64,000 bases of DNA from positions 135-64,134 of the forward strand of contig JAWAFC010000001.1 of assembly GCA_038890815.1 (NCBI GenBank). Direction: 5' to 3'. Below, piece after piece: positions 9,437-18,415 of the stretch; the stretch's first letter is position 1; every line of letters begins with the position of its first letter. The notes below the pieces were generated by a model, which saw only the letters and a program-made list of their open reading frames with translations, was not told where the DNA came from and made no database searches. This DNA is from Candidatus Micrarchaeia archaeon (GTDB lineage Archaea; Micrarchaeota; Micrarchaeia; Burarchaeales; JACRGF01). Made by a program: the position numbers and the translations under genes.

Positions 9437-9530
9437 TATATTATTTACTCATTCCCAGTTTTTATACCTTGGCAAACGCCGCGCCCTCTTAAACGCATTT
9501 TTGCGTAAATAGAGGATTTTGAGTAATACA

Positions 9531-9537
9531 TTTATTT
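9531..9537 (+). promoter_or_regulatory. TATA-like box (TTTATTT) for the riboflavin operon
   Basis: About 25 nt upstream of ribB ATG 9559. Confidence 0.35.
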
Positions 9538-9558
9538 GTTGCAAGCCCAAGCCATGCC

Positions 9559-10191
9559 ATGGCTGTGGCCGAGGCTATTGAGGCCATGCGGGCGGGCCGG
9601 TTTGTGGTGCTCTTCGACTCTTCGAAGCGCGAGAGAGAGTGCGACCTGCTCATCCATGCGAGCAAGGCGACCCCCGAAGCTATCGCTTTTATGAGACAGC
9701 AGGCTGGGGGCCTCATCTGCCTGGCCACTGACAGAGCGACCGCCGCGGCCCTCTCGCTGCCCTATTTTCATGAGCTTCTCGCTGCCACCCCGCTCGCACC
9801 GCTCGCCTCCGCCCGCATGCCATACGGTGAGCCCCCTGCCTTTTCCATCCTCATCAGCCACCGAAGAACTTATACTGGCGTGACCGATGCCGACCGCTCG
9901 CTCACAATTCGGGAATTCGCCAGGCTGGTGGCGCGGGGGGGTGGGCTGCGCTCTTTCCTCGCCTCCTTCCGCTCCCCGGGCCATGTGCCCCTCCTCATAG
10001 GCCGCTCGCTGTCCGAGAGAAGGGGGCACACCGAGCTGGCCCTGCGCCTGTGCGAGCTGGCGCGCCTGCCGCCCGCAGTGGTGCTGTGCGAAATGCTCGG
10101 GAAAGGGAAAGCGCTGGGAAAAGGCCGGGCGAGGGAGTTCGCCCGAGCGCGCGGGCTGCCTTTTGTCGAAGGCGGGGAGCTGATCGCATGA
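9559..10191 (+). CDS. ribB: 3,4-dihydroxy-2-butanone 4-phosphate synthase
   Basis: 210 aa. AIEAMRAGRFVVLFDSSKRERECDLLIHASKATPEAIAFMRQQAGGLICLA is the canonical DHBP synthase N-terminus. Confidence 0.9.
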   Translation: MAVAEAIEAMRAGRFVVLFDSSKRERECDLLIHASKATPEAIAFMRQQAGGLICLATDRATAAALSLPYFHELLAATPLAPLASARMPYGEPPAFSILISHRRTYTGVTDADRSLTIREFARLVARGGGLRSFLASFRSPGHVPLLIGRSLSERRGHTELALRLCELARLPPAVVLCEMLGKGKALGKGRAREFARARGLPFVEGGELIA

Positions 10192-10664
10192 GAAGGCGCG
10201 TGCGGCTTGCAGTGGTCGATACGACCTTCGCGAGGGTGGATATGGCAAAATTCGTGCTGGAGGAATTGCGGAAATACGGCGATTCGGTTTCCGTCGTTCG
10301 CTCAACCGTGCCGGGCATCAAAGACCTCGCAGTCGAGTGCAAGCGCCTGCTGGATAAGGGTTGCCATGCGGCCATCGCGCTCGGCATGGTGGGCGGGGCT
10401 GACCTCGATAGGGATTGCGCCAACCAAGCCTCGCTCGGCATACAGTGGGCAAAGTTGCTAACTGGCAAACACATCGTCGAGGTGTTTGTGCACGAGAGCG
10501 AGGCCAAAGATGCCCGCGAGCTTTATGCCATCTGCGAGGACAGGGCGCGCAAGCACGCGCACAACGCGGTCGCCCTCGCGCGCGAGTCTGGCGAGCTGGC
10601 AAAATGGGCCGGCCAGGGAAGAAGGCAGGGAAGGCCGCACGTGGGCCCGCTGCGGGTGGGGTGA
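10188..10664 (+). CDS. ribC: Archaeal-type riboflavin synthase (MJ1184 family)
   Basis: ATG at 10188 overlaps the ribB stop (ATGA). VDTTFARVDM...TVPGIKDL...HIVEVFVHESEAKD closely matches the Methanocaldococcus riboflavin synthase as I recall it. Confidence 0.85.
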   Translation: MRRRVRLAVVDTTFARVDMAKFVLEELRKYGDSVSVVRSTVPGIKDLAVECKRLLDKGCHAAIALGMVGGADLDRDCANQASLGIQWAKLLTGKHIVEVFVHESEAKDARELYAICEDRARKHAHNAVALARESGELAKWAGQGRRQGRPHVGPLRVG

Positions 10665-10671
10665 GAGGTTG

Positions 10672-11088
10672 GTGAAGTTGGGTTTTGTGGTGAGCGAGTT
10701 CAACCGCGAGATAACGAGCGAGATGGAGAAGGTCGCGCTCGCATACGCAAGGGAGCTGGGGGCCGAAGTGGTCCGCACCATCCACGTGCCCGGAGCTTTT
10801 GACATGCCCCTGGCGGTGGATTTGCTTCTGAAAAGCTGGGGCATTGATGCCGTTGTGACGCTCGGATGCATCATGCAGGGCGAGACGCGGCACGATGAGC
10901 TCATCGCACACGCGCTCGCGGCCTCGCTGCATCGCCTGGCCCTCAAGCATGGCAAGCCCGTGAGCCTGGGGGTGATGGGACCTGGCATCAACGAGAAGCA
11001 GGCCAGGGCGCGCATTAAAGATTATGCACGGCGCGCGGTTGATGCGGCCATAAAGCTTCACACGAGGCTGGTGCGATGGCCGGGCTAG
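10672..11088 (+). CDS. ribH: 6,7-dimethyl-8-ribityllumazine synthase
   Basis: VKLGFVVSEFNREIT...HVPGAFDMPLAV...DAVVTLGCIMQGETRHDE. Start taken as GTG 10672 or TTG 10669; the frame is open further upstream to 10486. Confidence 0.85.
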   Translation: MKLGFVVSEFNREITSEMEKVALAYARELGAEVVRTIHVPGAFDMPLAVDLLLKSWGIDAVVTLGCIMQGETRHDELIAHALAASLHRLALKHGKPVSLGVMGPGINEKQARARIKDYARRAVDAAIKLHTRLVRWPG

Positions 11089-11684
11089 AAATGGTGGCGA
11101 GCGCGACGCTGCCCACCAGGTTTGGCAAATTCACCATATACGCCTTCAAGAGCCGAGGGGAGGAACACGTCGCCCTCGTGAAAGGCGATGTGCGCGGCCG
11201 TGCCGGCGTGCTCACGCGCGTCCATTCCCAGTGCCTGACAGGCGATACCTTTGCCTCTCTCAGATGCGACTGCAGGGAGCAGCTGGAACGGGCAATGCGC
11301 CTCATCGGCAGAAGCAGGTACGGCGTCCTCATCTATCTCAGCCAGGAGGGGAGGGGGATTGGCCTGGCGAACAAGATTAGAGCCTATGCCCTGCAGGAAA
11401 GGGGCTTCGATACAGTGGAGGCCAACCGCGCGCTGGGTTTCGAGCCCGACACGCGCAGCTATGCCACGGCCGGCCAGATTCTCAGGCTGCTGGGGGTGCG
11501 CTCGGTCGCGCTCCTCACCAATAATCCAAAAAAAGTGGGGGAGCTGCGCGAATCGGGCATTCGCGTGGCGAAAAGGATTCCCCTTCAGGTCAGGCCCACG
11601 CGCTTCAACGCCTCCTATCTTCTCGCGAAAAAACACAAACTACATCACCTGATTGAGTTGGGAGAAAATGTCTGCAGACGATGA
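11076..11684 (+). CDS. ribA: GTP cyclohydrolase II
   Basis: 202 aa. RVHSQCLTGDTFASLRCDCREQL, IYLSQEGRGIGLANKIRAY and LLTNNPKKV are classical GCH II motifs. Confidence 0.9.
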   Translation: MAGLEMVASATLPTRFGKFTIYAFKSRGEEHVALVKGDVRGRAGVLTRVHSQCLTGDTFASLRCDCREQLERAMRLIGRSRYGVLIYLSQEGRGIGLANKIRAYALQERGFDTVEANRALGFEPDTRSYATAGQILRLLGVRSVALLTNNPKKVGELRESGIRVAKRIPLQVRPTRFNASYLLAKKHKLHHLIELGENVCRR

Positions 11685-12765
11685 AAGGTTCCTGCGCCTG
11701 GCCCTTTCCCTCGCAGAGAAAGCCAGGGGCAGAACATCGCCCAACCCGCTCGTGGGCGCGCTCATTGTGAAAAACGGGCGCGTGCTGTCGGTGGGATATC
11801 ACAGGGGCGCGGGCCTTCCGCACGCCGAGATCGAGGCTCTCAGAAAGCTGAAGCCTGGCCAGGCCCGTGGCGCCACGCTCTACCTCAACCTCGAGCCCTG
11901 CTCGCACACCGACAAGCGCACCCCGCCGTGCGTGCCGGCCATCATCGCCGCGGGCATCAGACGGGTTGTGTGCTGCATGGAGGATCCCAACCCTCGCGTG
12001 AAGGGCATCGAGCAGCTGCGCAAGGCCGGCGTGCGCGTTGATGTCGGCCTGCTCGAGCGGGAAGCGCGCGAGCTCAATGCGGCATACATAAAGCACATCA
12101 CCACAGGCCTTCCGCTCGTCACACTCAAGCTCGCGCTCTCCTTTGATGGAAAGATCGCCACCGGCACAGGGGAGAGCAAGTGGATCAGCGGGGGAGCCTC
12201 GCGCGCGCTCGTACAGCACCTCCGCGCCGAAAGCGATGCCGTCATGGTAGGCATCAACACTGTCCTCAAAGACGACCCCGAGCTCGCCTGCAGAATCCCC
12301 GGCGCGAAGCAGCCGCTGCGCGTCATCCTCGACTCCCGCCTCCGCATTCCCCTCACCGCGCGCGTGCTGCGGGACAGCAATGTCATGATCGCCACCACGA
12401 GCAGGGCCAGCAAGCGCAAGCGCGCCGCCCTCTCCGCGCGCGGAATCGCCGTGTGGGCTTCCAATTCCCCACGCGTGAACATCCGCGCCCTCCTTCGTTT
12501 CCTCGTCTCCCGTGGCATCACCTCGGTGTTGTGCGAGGGGGGCAGCGAGCTCGCCGGAAGCCTCGTCGATGCCCGCCTGGTGGACAGGTTTGTTTTCTTC
12601 ATCGCGCCGAAAATAATTGGGGGTGGGGGGAAGGACGCGGTGGGGGGGAAAGGCGTGAGCAGACTGGCGCGCGCCTGGAAACTGCGCTTCACGCGGCTGG
12701 AGCGCGTGGGTGAAGACATATTGATTGAGGCTAAGCCCGCCGCCCCGCGCACGAAATGCATTTAA
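11668..12765 (+). CDS. ribD: Bifunctional riboflavin-pathway deaminase/reductase
   Basis: HAEIEAL...PCSHTDKRTPPC zinc deaminase motif plus a C-terminal reductase domain (KLALSFDGKIA...). ATG at 11668 follows GGGAG; the ORF opens at TTG 11653. Confidence 0.9.
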   Translation: MSADDERFLRLALSLAEKARGRTSPNPLVGALIVKNGRVLSVGYHRGAGLPHAEIEALRKLKPGQARGATLYLNLEPCSHTDKRTPPCVPAIIAAGIRRVVCCMEDPNPRVKGIEQLRKAGVRVDVGLLEREARELNAAYIKHITTGLPLVTLKLALSFDGKIATGTGESKWISGGASRALVQHLRAESDAVMVGINTVLKDDPELACRIPGAKQPLRVILDSRLRIPLTARVLRDSNVMIATTSRASKRKRAALSARGIAVWASNSPRVNIRALLRFLVSRGITSVLCEGGSELAGSLVDARLVDRFVFFIAPKIIGGGGKDAVGGKGVSRLARAWKLRFTRLERVGEDILIEAKPAAPRTKCI

Positions 12766-12830
12766 AAATGGAGCCGGATAGTCAATCAAAAATCATTTAA
12801 CCCATCTGCAAAAACAGCGGCGACTCCACA

Positions 12831-13358
12831 ATGAAATCCAAATCGTGGGAATGGCTGATTCCCGTAGCAATCCTGTCGAGTGGCTGTATCGAAAAGTTAG
12901 TCGTTGCAATAGTTTTGGTCATAATGGCCGCATTGGCCGCTTTAATTTTCGCTATCGAGATCGTTGCATGGGGTTTGGTCTGGTTTCCCGCTGCAACGCT
13001 GTTCAGTTTAATCGTGGCAATCGCGATATATCTGTTGTATAGTCTTTTGACACAAACAGGTTCAATTTCGACTGTTCCTGCACTTATCGGCTTTTTTGTA
13101 GTTTTTATACCAAGCATCCTGATAACCCTGATAGTCAAAAGGGGGTCGCTAAAACCATCGAATCCATTGCTTCAAACCATCGCACGGATAGTGGGTATCC
13201 TTGGGGCGTTTGCAAGCGGGATTATTGTCATACAAATAGATAGACTTTTACTCGAACTTGAAAGTAGCTGGCTTGCACACCCCCAATTGCTGTTGACTTT
13301 CGCTCCCATACTATTCGGGTTATACCTGTTCTTTAGAGGCTGGAAACGGCTAATTTAA
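12831..13358 (+). CDS. Polytopic membrane protein
   Basis: 175 aa with 5-6 hydrophobic helices. Lies in a locally AT-richer segment between ribD and yggS. Confidence 0.55.
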   Translation: MKSKSWEWLIPVAILSSGCIEKLVVAIVLVIMAALAALIFAIEIVAWGLVWFPAATLFSLIVAIAIYLLYSLLTQTGSISTVPALIGFFVVFIPSILITLIVKRGSLKPSNPLLQTIARIVGILGAFASGIIVIQIDRLLLELESSWLAHPQLLLTFAPILFGLYLFFRGWKRLI

Positions 13359-13376
13359 ATGCCGAAACCCAGATAG

Positions 13377-14093
13377 ATGGCGATGGGTGTTGTTGAGAAT
13401 GCGATGCGCGTGAAGGAGCGCATCGCAGCCGCCGCTGCCCGCGCCGGCAGAGATGCTTCCAAAATCGCTTTGCTCTATGCCACAAAATACGCCACGCCCG
13501 AACAGATAGCCGAGCTGCTGGCGGTGGAGAAGGAAAAGCTGGTGATAGGGGAAAACTATGTACAGCAGGCGCGGGAAAAATTTGCGAAGCTGAAGGAGCT
13601 TGTGAGCGAGCGCGACTGGCAGAGAATCGAGAAGCACATGATCGGCACGTTGCAGAGCAACAAGGCAAGGCATGCGCTCGAGGTGTTTGATGCAATTCAC
13701 TCGGTGGATTCGCTGAAGCTTGCGCTTAAGCTGGACGCGCGCGCCCAGCGGATGGGCAAAGTTATCCCTGTTTTTCTTGAAGTGAATGCGGGTCTTGAGG
13801 AGACGAAACGAGGGGTGGCTTTTGAGGAAGTTGATGGGATTGTTGCGAGAGTGCGCGAGCTCAGTAACCTGCGTCTCCTTGGTTTGATGACTATGGCGCC
13901 CCACGCCGGGCCTGAAATAACGAGGCCTGTTTTCAGAAAGCTGCGTGCTCTCTGCGACAAGCTCGGCCTGCTGGCCTCGATGGGGATGAGCAACGACTTC
14001 GAGGTGGCCATAGAGGAAGGCTCGGACTTGGTGAGGATTGGGAGGGCGGTTTTTGGTGGCTGGCTTCCTGAAAAAACTCGGGTCCCACGCTAG
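13377..14093 (+). CDS. yggS: YggS-family PLP-binding (PLP homeostasis) protein
   Basis: 238 aa. ...LLYATKY..., IGENYVQ, HMIGTLQSNKA, VFLEVN and MGMSNDFEVAIEEGS..VRIG match the YggS/alanine racemase N-domain signatures. Confidence 0.85.
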   Translation: MAMGVVENAMRVKERIAAAAARAGRDASKIALLYATKYATPEQIAELLAVEKEKLVIGENYVQQAREKFAKLKELVSERDWQRIEKHMIGTLQSNKARHALEVFDAIHSVDSLKLALKLDARAQRMGKVIPVFLEVNAGLEETKRGVAFEEVDGIVARVRELSNLRLLGLMTMAPHAGPEITRPVFRKLRALCDKLGLLASMGMSNDFEVAIEEGSDLVRIGRAVFGGWLPEKTRVPR

Positions 14094-14455
14094 GATAATT
14101 GGTCTGGGTCGGGCTTGAATTCTCCGAACTCAGTTTGGATTTCATGGAGTTTGGAATCTCCACATGAGCCTTCGCGCTCCATACAGAGGTTGACCAGGAG
14201 GTTCTTTACATTCTGTATAATGGCCCGCTCGCGCGGTCCCCACTGGTGAACCTCGCCAAAACGTCCATACAGCCTAGTGATGCTTTCTTCTATTTGGCAT
14301 GGTTCTATGTGTTTTATCGAGATACCAAAGTCCTCAAGAGTTTCTCGCACTTTGGCCTCCTCGAGCTTGCCCATAAGGATGGTTTTTTCAACTATGCTCT
14401 TAATAGCGGTCTCAAGCTTTTGCGCCTTTGGCAACCTTTGCCGTGTGGCGCTCAT
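14090..14455 (-). CDS. Hypothetical protein
   Basis: 121 aa ORF. Convergent with yggS, overlapping it by 4 nt. No motif recognised. Confidence 0.45.
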   Translation of the reverse strand: MSATRQRLPKAQKLETAIKSIVEKTILMGKLEEAKVRETLEDFGISIKHIEPCQIEESITRLYGRFGEVHQWGPRERAIIQNVKNLLVNLCMEREGSCGDSKLHEIQTEFGEFKPDPDQLS

Positions 14456-14609
14456 CGCTGTTATTTGAGCTTTTAGGCGGTATAAAAACTTTTGGGAGGC
14501 GTTAGTTTAAAAATAAAAAAGCTATAACTTTTTATGAAGAATTCCCACAAACGAAAAATTAAGGGCTACCTTATTATACATGTAGCGCATTCAAACAGGG
14601 AAGACGACT

Positions 14610-15260
14610 ATGGCTAAGCTGCAGCTCGCGCTTGATTTTGTGGAGGCTGGGAGAGCCATCACCGTGGCGAGGAAGGCGGCTCCGTTCGTGGATATCATCG
14701 AGGCTGGCACACCCCTCATCAAGAGCGCAGGCATCGGCATAGTCAGGCGGCTCAGAAAGCTGTTCCCGGGCAAGGAGATTGCCGCTGACCTCAAGATAAT
14801 GGATGTTGGTGGCATTGAGACCGAGATGGCTGCAGAGGCGGGCGCGGACATCGTCACTGTGTGCGCGGCTGCAGACAACGCGACGATAAGGGAGGCGGTG
14901 AAGGCGGGCAGAAGATATGGGGCGAAGGTGAGCGCCGACCTCATCGGCGTCGCCAACCCCGCAAAGCGAGCGAAGGAATGCGAGGCGCTCGGCGTGTCGA
15001 TCATCGAGGTGCATACGGGCATAGATCAGCAGATGAGAGGGATGACGCCTTTTGGCACACTGCGGAAAGTCCTCGGGGCGGTCTCGGTTCCCGTGGCAGT
15101 TGCGGGTGGGCTCAATGCCGAGAGCGCGCGCGAGGCCGCCGCGCTGGGCGCGGGGATAGTGATTGTTGGGGGAAGCATAACAAAGGCGGCCGATGTGGCG
15201 GAGGCTGCCAAAGCGGTTAAGGAGGCAATTGCCGGCGCGCGGGCGCGCCAACGTTTTTAA
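14610..15260 (+). CDS. hps: 3-hexulose-6-phosphate synthase (OMP decarboxylase-fold)
   Basis: 216 aa. LQLALDF...VDIIEAGTPLIK...ADLKIMD...VHTGIDQQ...VAVAGGL. Confidence 0.85.
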   Translation: MAKLQLALDFVEAGRAITVARKAAPFVDIIEAGTPLIKSAGIGIVRRLRKLFPGKEIAADLKIMDVGGIETEMAAEAGADIVTVCAAADNATIREAVKAGRRYGAKVSADLIGVANPAKRAKECEALGVSIIEVHTGIDQQMRGMTPFGTLRKVLGAVSVPVAVAGGLNAESAREAAALGAGIVIVGGSITKAADVAEAAKAVKEAIAGARARQRF

Positions 15261-15300
15261 GCTCATTTTTCCATAAACTCTACGTCGGCTTTCTGGAGTT

Positions 15301-15783
15301 GTGGGGATGAAAATCGAGGGAAGGACATACCACTGCCGGGATAACATCGACACCGACGTGATCATACCCGCTAAATACCTGGCCGAGACCGATCCGGCTG
15401 CACTGGCAGCGCACGCCATGGAAGGGCTTGACCCTGACTTCAACAAAAAACCTCACGACATCATCGTGGCGGGCAAGAACTTCGGCAGCGGCAGCTCGCG
15501 CGAGCACGCGCCCATCGCGCTGAAAGCGGCGGGCGTGAAGTGCATCGTGGCAAAAAGCTTCGCCCGCATTTTCTACCGCAACGCCATAAACATAGGGTTG
15601 CCCGTGGTCATCTGCAAGGATGCTGGAAAAATCGGCGACCGGGCAACCATCCACCTCGACACAGGCGAGATCATCCTGCCCGGGGAGATACTGCACTTTC
15701 CTCCCTATAGCGAGGTTGTCCGCGAGATCCTTTTTGACGGCGGCCTCATCCCGCACCTAAAGAAAAAACTCGGGAAGAAGTGA
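15301..15783 (+). CDS. leuD: Aconitase-family dehydratase small subunit (isopropylmalate isomerase or homoaconitase type)
   Basis: [13 protein letters not shown]...[21 protein letters not shown]...[12 protein letters not shown]. Starts at GTG 15301 or ATG 15307. Confidence 0.9.
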   Translation: MGMKIEGRTYHCRDNIDTDVIIPAKYLAETDPAALAAHAMEGLDPDFNKKPHDIIVAGKNFGSGSSREHAPIALKAAGVKCIVAKSFARIFYRNAINIGLPVVICKDAGKIGDRATIHLDTGEIILPGEILHFPPYSEVVREILFDGGLIPHLKKKLGKK

Positions 15784-15787
15784 GAGC

Positions 15788-17038
15788 ATGGGCGCAACCA
15801 TAACCGAAAAAATATTCTCCTCAGCTGTCGGCAGGAGCGTCAGCGCCGGCGAGATCGTGACCGCAAAGGTAGATTATGCCATGGTGAATGACGTGACTGG
15901 CCCGCTGGCCGTCAGCAAATTCAACGAGCTTGGAGTGAAAATATGGGATCCGAGCAGGGTCGTCATCGTGCTGTCGCACTTCGTGCCGGCGAAAGACATC
16001 TTGTCTGCCAACAACTGCAAGTTACTCAGGGAATTCGCGCGCAGGCACGGCATAGCAAACTTCTTTGAGGAAGGGCGAGGCATCGAGCACGAGCTACTGC
16101 CCCAGGAGGGCATAGCGCGGCCCGGGCTAATCATCGTCGGCGCGGACTCGCACACCTGCACTTACGGCGCGCTGGGATGCTTCGCCACCGGCATCGGCTC
16201 AACCGAGATGGCTGCCGTGTGGGCCACGGGCGAGCTGTGGTTCCGCGTGCCCGAAACCATCCGCTTCAACGTCACGGGCAAGCTGAAGAAGCATGTCTAT
16301 GGCAAGGACATCATCCTGACGGCCATCGGCCTGATCGGTGTTGATGGCGCGCTGTACAAGGCAATGGAATGGGGCGGCGATGTCATCAAGGAGCTGAGCA
16401 TAAGCGAGAGGCTGACCATCACAAACATGGCTGTGGAGGCGGGCGCTAAGAATGGTATCATCGAGCCCGATTACAAGACATTGCAGTATGTGAAGGAGCG
16501 CACCGATGCGCCTTACAAAGTTTTCCGCAGCGATCCGAATGCCACCTATGAGGATATCATCACGCTTGAGGGGGATAAGCTCGAGCCTGTTGTGGCAGCG
16601 CCCTTCCTGCCCAGCAATGTCAAGCCGGTCAGCGAGGTAGCTCACGTTGAAGTCGACCAGGTGCTCATTGGCTCTTGCACAAATGGCAGGTATGAAGACT
16701 TGAAAATAGCCGCGCAGATTCTGAAGGGGAAAAAGGTTGCCAAGGGGGTCCGCTGCCTGGTGCTGCCTGCTAGCGAAAAGGTTTTTGAGCAGGCGATGAG
16801 GGACGGGCTCATCCAGATTCTGGCCGAGGCGGGCTGTGTTATCGGCCCTTCGACCTGCGGGCCTTGCCTGGGAGGCCACATGGGCGTGCTGGCCGAGGGC
16901 GAGGTATGCGTGAGCACAACAAACCGTAACTTCGTCGGGAGGATGGGGCATCCGAAAAGCAAAGTATATCTGGCTAGCCCAGCGACAGCGGCAGCCACCG
17001 CAGTAAAAGGCAGGATAACCGACCCGCGGAACATTTAG
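15788..17038 (+). CDS. leuC: Aconitase-family dehydratase large subunit
   Basis: 416 aa. GADSHTCTYGALG, ...IGSCTNGR... and CGPCLG are the Fe-S cluster ligand motifs. Confidence 0.9.
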   Translation: MGATITEKIFSSAVGRSVSAGEIVTAKVDYAMVNDVTGPLAVSKFNELGVKIWDPSRVVIVLSHFVPAKDILSANNCKLLREFARRHGIANFFEEGRGIEHELLPQEGIARPGLIIVGADSHTCTYGALGCFATGIGSTEMAAVWATGELWFRVPETIRFNVTGKLKKHVYGKDIILTAIGLIGVDGALYKAMEWGGDVIKELSISERLTITNMAVEAGAKNGIIEPDYKTLQYVKERTDAPYKVFRSDPNATYEDIITLEGDKLEPVVAAPFLPSNVKPVSEVAHVEVDQVLIGSCTNGRYEDLKIAAQILKGKKVAKGVRCLVLPASEKVFEQAMRDGLIQILAEAGCVIGPSTCGPCLGGHMGVLAEGEVCVSTTNRNFVGRMGHPKSKVYLASPATAAATAVKGRITDPRNI

Positions 17039-17085
17039 CCCTGTTTCAAGGCCTCAGAAGTTGGAGGCGTTTGATTTCTTTCACC

Positions 17086-17196
17086 CTAGGCCCTTATAGG
17101 CCAGCAGGCTTGCCAGGAACGTGCGAATGTGGCGCTTTTTGCCCTCGCTTTCCATAGCTCGATTTCCAGGAAGATGTTCGCATCAACCAAGTGCAT
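17086..17196 (-). pseudogene. Possible truncated PIN-domain (VapC-like) remnant
   Basis: A 36-codon ORF starts MHLVDANIFLEIEL, a PIN N-terminal motif with the catalytic Asp. It then terminates. A shifted frame continues TFLASLLAYKGLG. Confidence 0.25.
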
Positions 17197-17365
17197 GCCG
17201 CGCCCCCTTGTCAGCGACGGGATCGGCTGGGATTCGACCGCATGCTCTGCGACAAGAGCTTGCTTGCTCCAGGTGGAAGACCTTAGGGTAGTAATACCTT
17301 GTATCCAGGTGTAACTTTAAATACCAGAAAGTGCATAGTATAACGCTTATTCTGAGAGTGGGAGT

Positions 17366-18415
17366 TTGAGCCAAATACAGGCAAGAGTAGATCCCAAAAG
17401 CATAGCGTGCGCGAGACGCGCCTTGGAGACGATAGTGGAGAGAGGGTGCGATCCAAAGGAGTTCAACCGCATCCTCGAAAAAATCACACGGGGACACAAG
17501 CTTGAAGACAGCGAGGAAAAACTCCTCGAAGTGTTTTTGGGCGCTTACAGCGCCTGCAAGCTTGTGGGGCCCGAGCCGCTCGCGGAGACGCTCATTCCCA
17601 TAGATAAAGAAACCGAAATGGCTGTCATCGCAAAAATAATCAAACTCGAAGAGAGCAGGGATCGAAAAACCGATACAAACGAGGATAGACTTCTGGAGGA
17701 AAAAACCGCGCGCAAGCAACTCCTACTGAGTACCTCGCTGGCCGCGATTTACGAACAGCTCGGCGGAGGGCTTTTTGAGAAAGTGGTCGAAACAACCACG
17801 ATAGCGGTTAAGGTAGGTGGCGGGCTCAGTCGGGTATGGGGGGCCGCCTCGAGGGTGCTGCATGTGATTGCGGCGCAGACTGAGCAGACGCTACAGTCTG
17901 CAGGAAATGCTGGTGGCAGGCTGACCAGTGATGCTGTTGCGTTGGTGGGCAGGAGAGGGAGCGCGCTGGCAGAAGCTGCGGTGAGGTGGGGTTCTGCGGC
18001 AGTTTGCAGCGCAGCAGCCATGCTTGATGCTGCTAAAGATAGGTTTGGCATGAAAGACGTGCTGTACATCGTGCCGCAGGCGAACGGGCAGGAGCTGCCC
18101 ATCGAGCGCGCGCTTAATGGCGGGAAGAAGAGGAGTATCGACGCCGCCGTAAGGAAGACGCTCATCGAGCTCAATACAAAAAGAGGAAAGGAGCTCGTCG
18201 AATCCGCCGAATACAGGTATTTTGTCAAGAAAGCCGAGGAAGGAGGGGAGCATGCAGAGGCGCTCATAGATTCGCTGGCGAGAATCAGGCGCAACAAGGA
18301 GCTTTGCGAGATTGCTACCATCCTTATTCAGGCAATGCGCTCCTTCGGAGGTCGCGAGGTTAGGGAACGCGGGTGGGAAGCGCTTCAGAGAAAAGAGGTA
18401 GCGCTCGCGGCCTAG
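17366..18415 (+). CDS. Hypothetical protein
   Basis: 349 aa ORF with a TTG start. Ala/Gly-rich central segment. No motif recognised. Confidence 0.45.
   Translation: MSQIQARVDPKSIACARRALETIVERGCDPKEFNRILEKITRGHKLEDSEEKLLEVFLGAYSACKLVGPEPLAETLIPIDKETEMAVIAKIIKLEESRDRKTDTNEDRLLEEKTARKQLLLSTSLAAIYEQLGGGLFEKVVETTTIAVKVGGGLSRVWGAASRVLHVIAAQTEQTLQSAGNAGGRLTSDAVALVGRRGSALAEAAVRWGSAAVCSAAAMLDAAKDRFGMKDVLYIVPQANGQELPIERALNGGKKRSIDAAVRKTLIELNTKRGKELVESAEYRYFVKKAEEGGEHAEALIDSLARIRRNKELCEIATILIQAMRSFGGREVRERGWEALQRKEVALAA

Noticed and set aside
9437-9558. A possible FMN riboswitch or other leader upstream of ribB.
   Set aside because: The gap is only about 120 bp and contains a TATA-like box about 25 nt from the ATG, leaving essentially no 5' UTR. 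There are no conserved FMN-element helices, and only a weak ACGCA-TTTTT-TGCGT hairpin.
10050-10187. Upstream in-frame extensions of ribC (from 10050), ribH (10486), acdB (23316), gatA (46473), gcvPB (58039), lplA (59743) and several pilin genes.
   Set aside because: The extensions overlap the preceding genes in another frame and encode R/A/P-rich junk. The family-typical N-termini begin at internal ATG or GTG codons placed at or next to the upstream stop codons.
17200-17240. A tRNA-like GGTCGAATCCCAGCCGATCCCG segment on the minus strand, possibly a tRNA fragment or att site.
   Set aside because: No T-stem complementarity and no acceptor or anticodon arms are present. It does not match the 3' end of the tRNA-Gln in this window.
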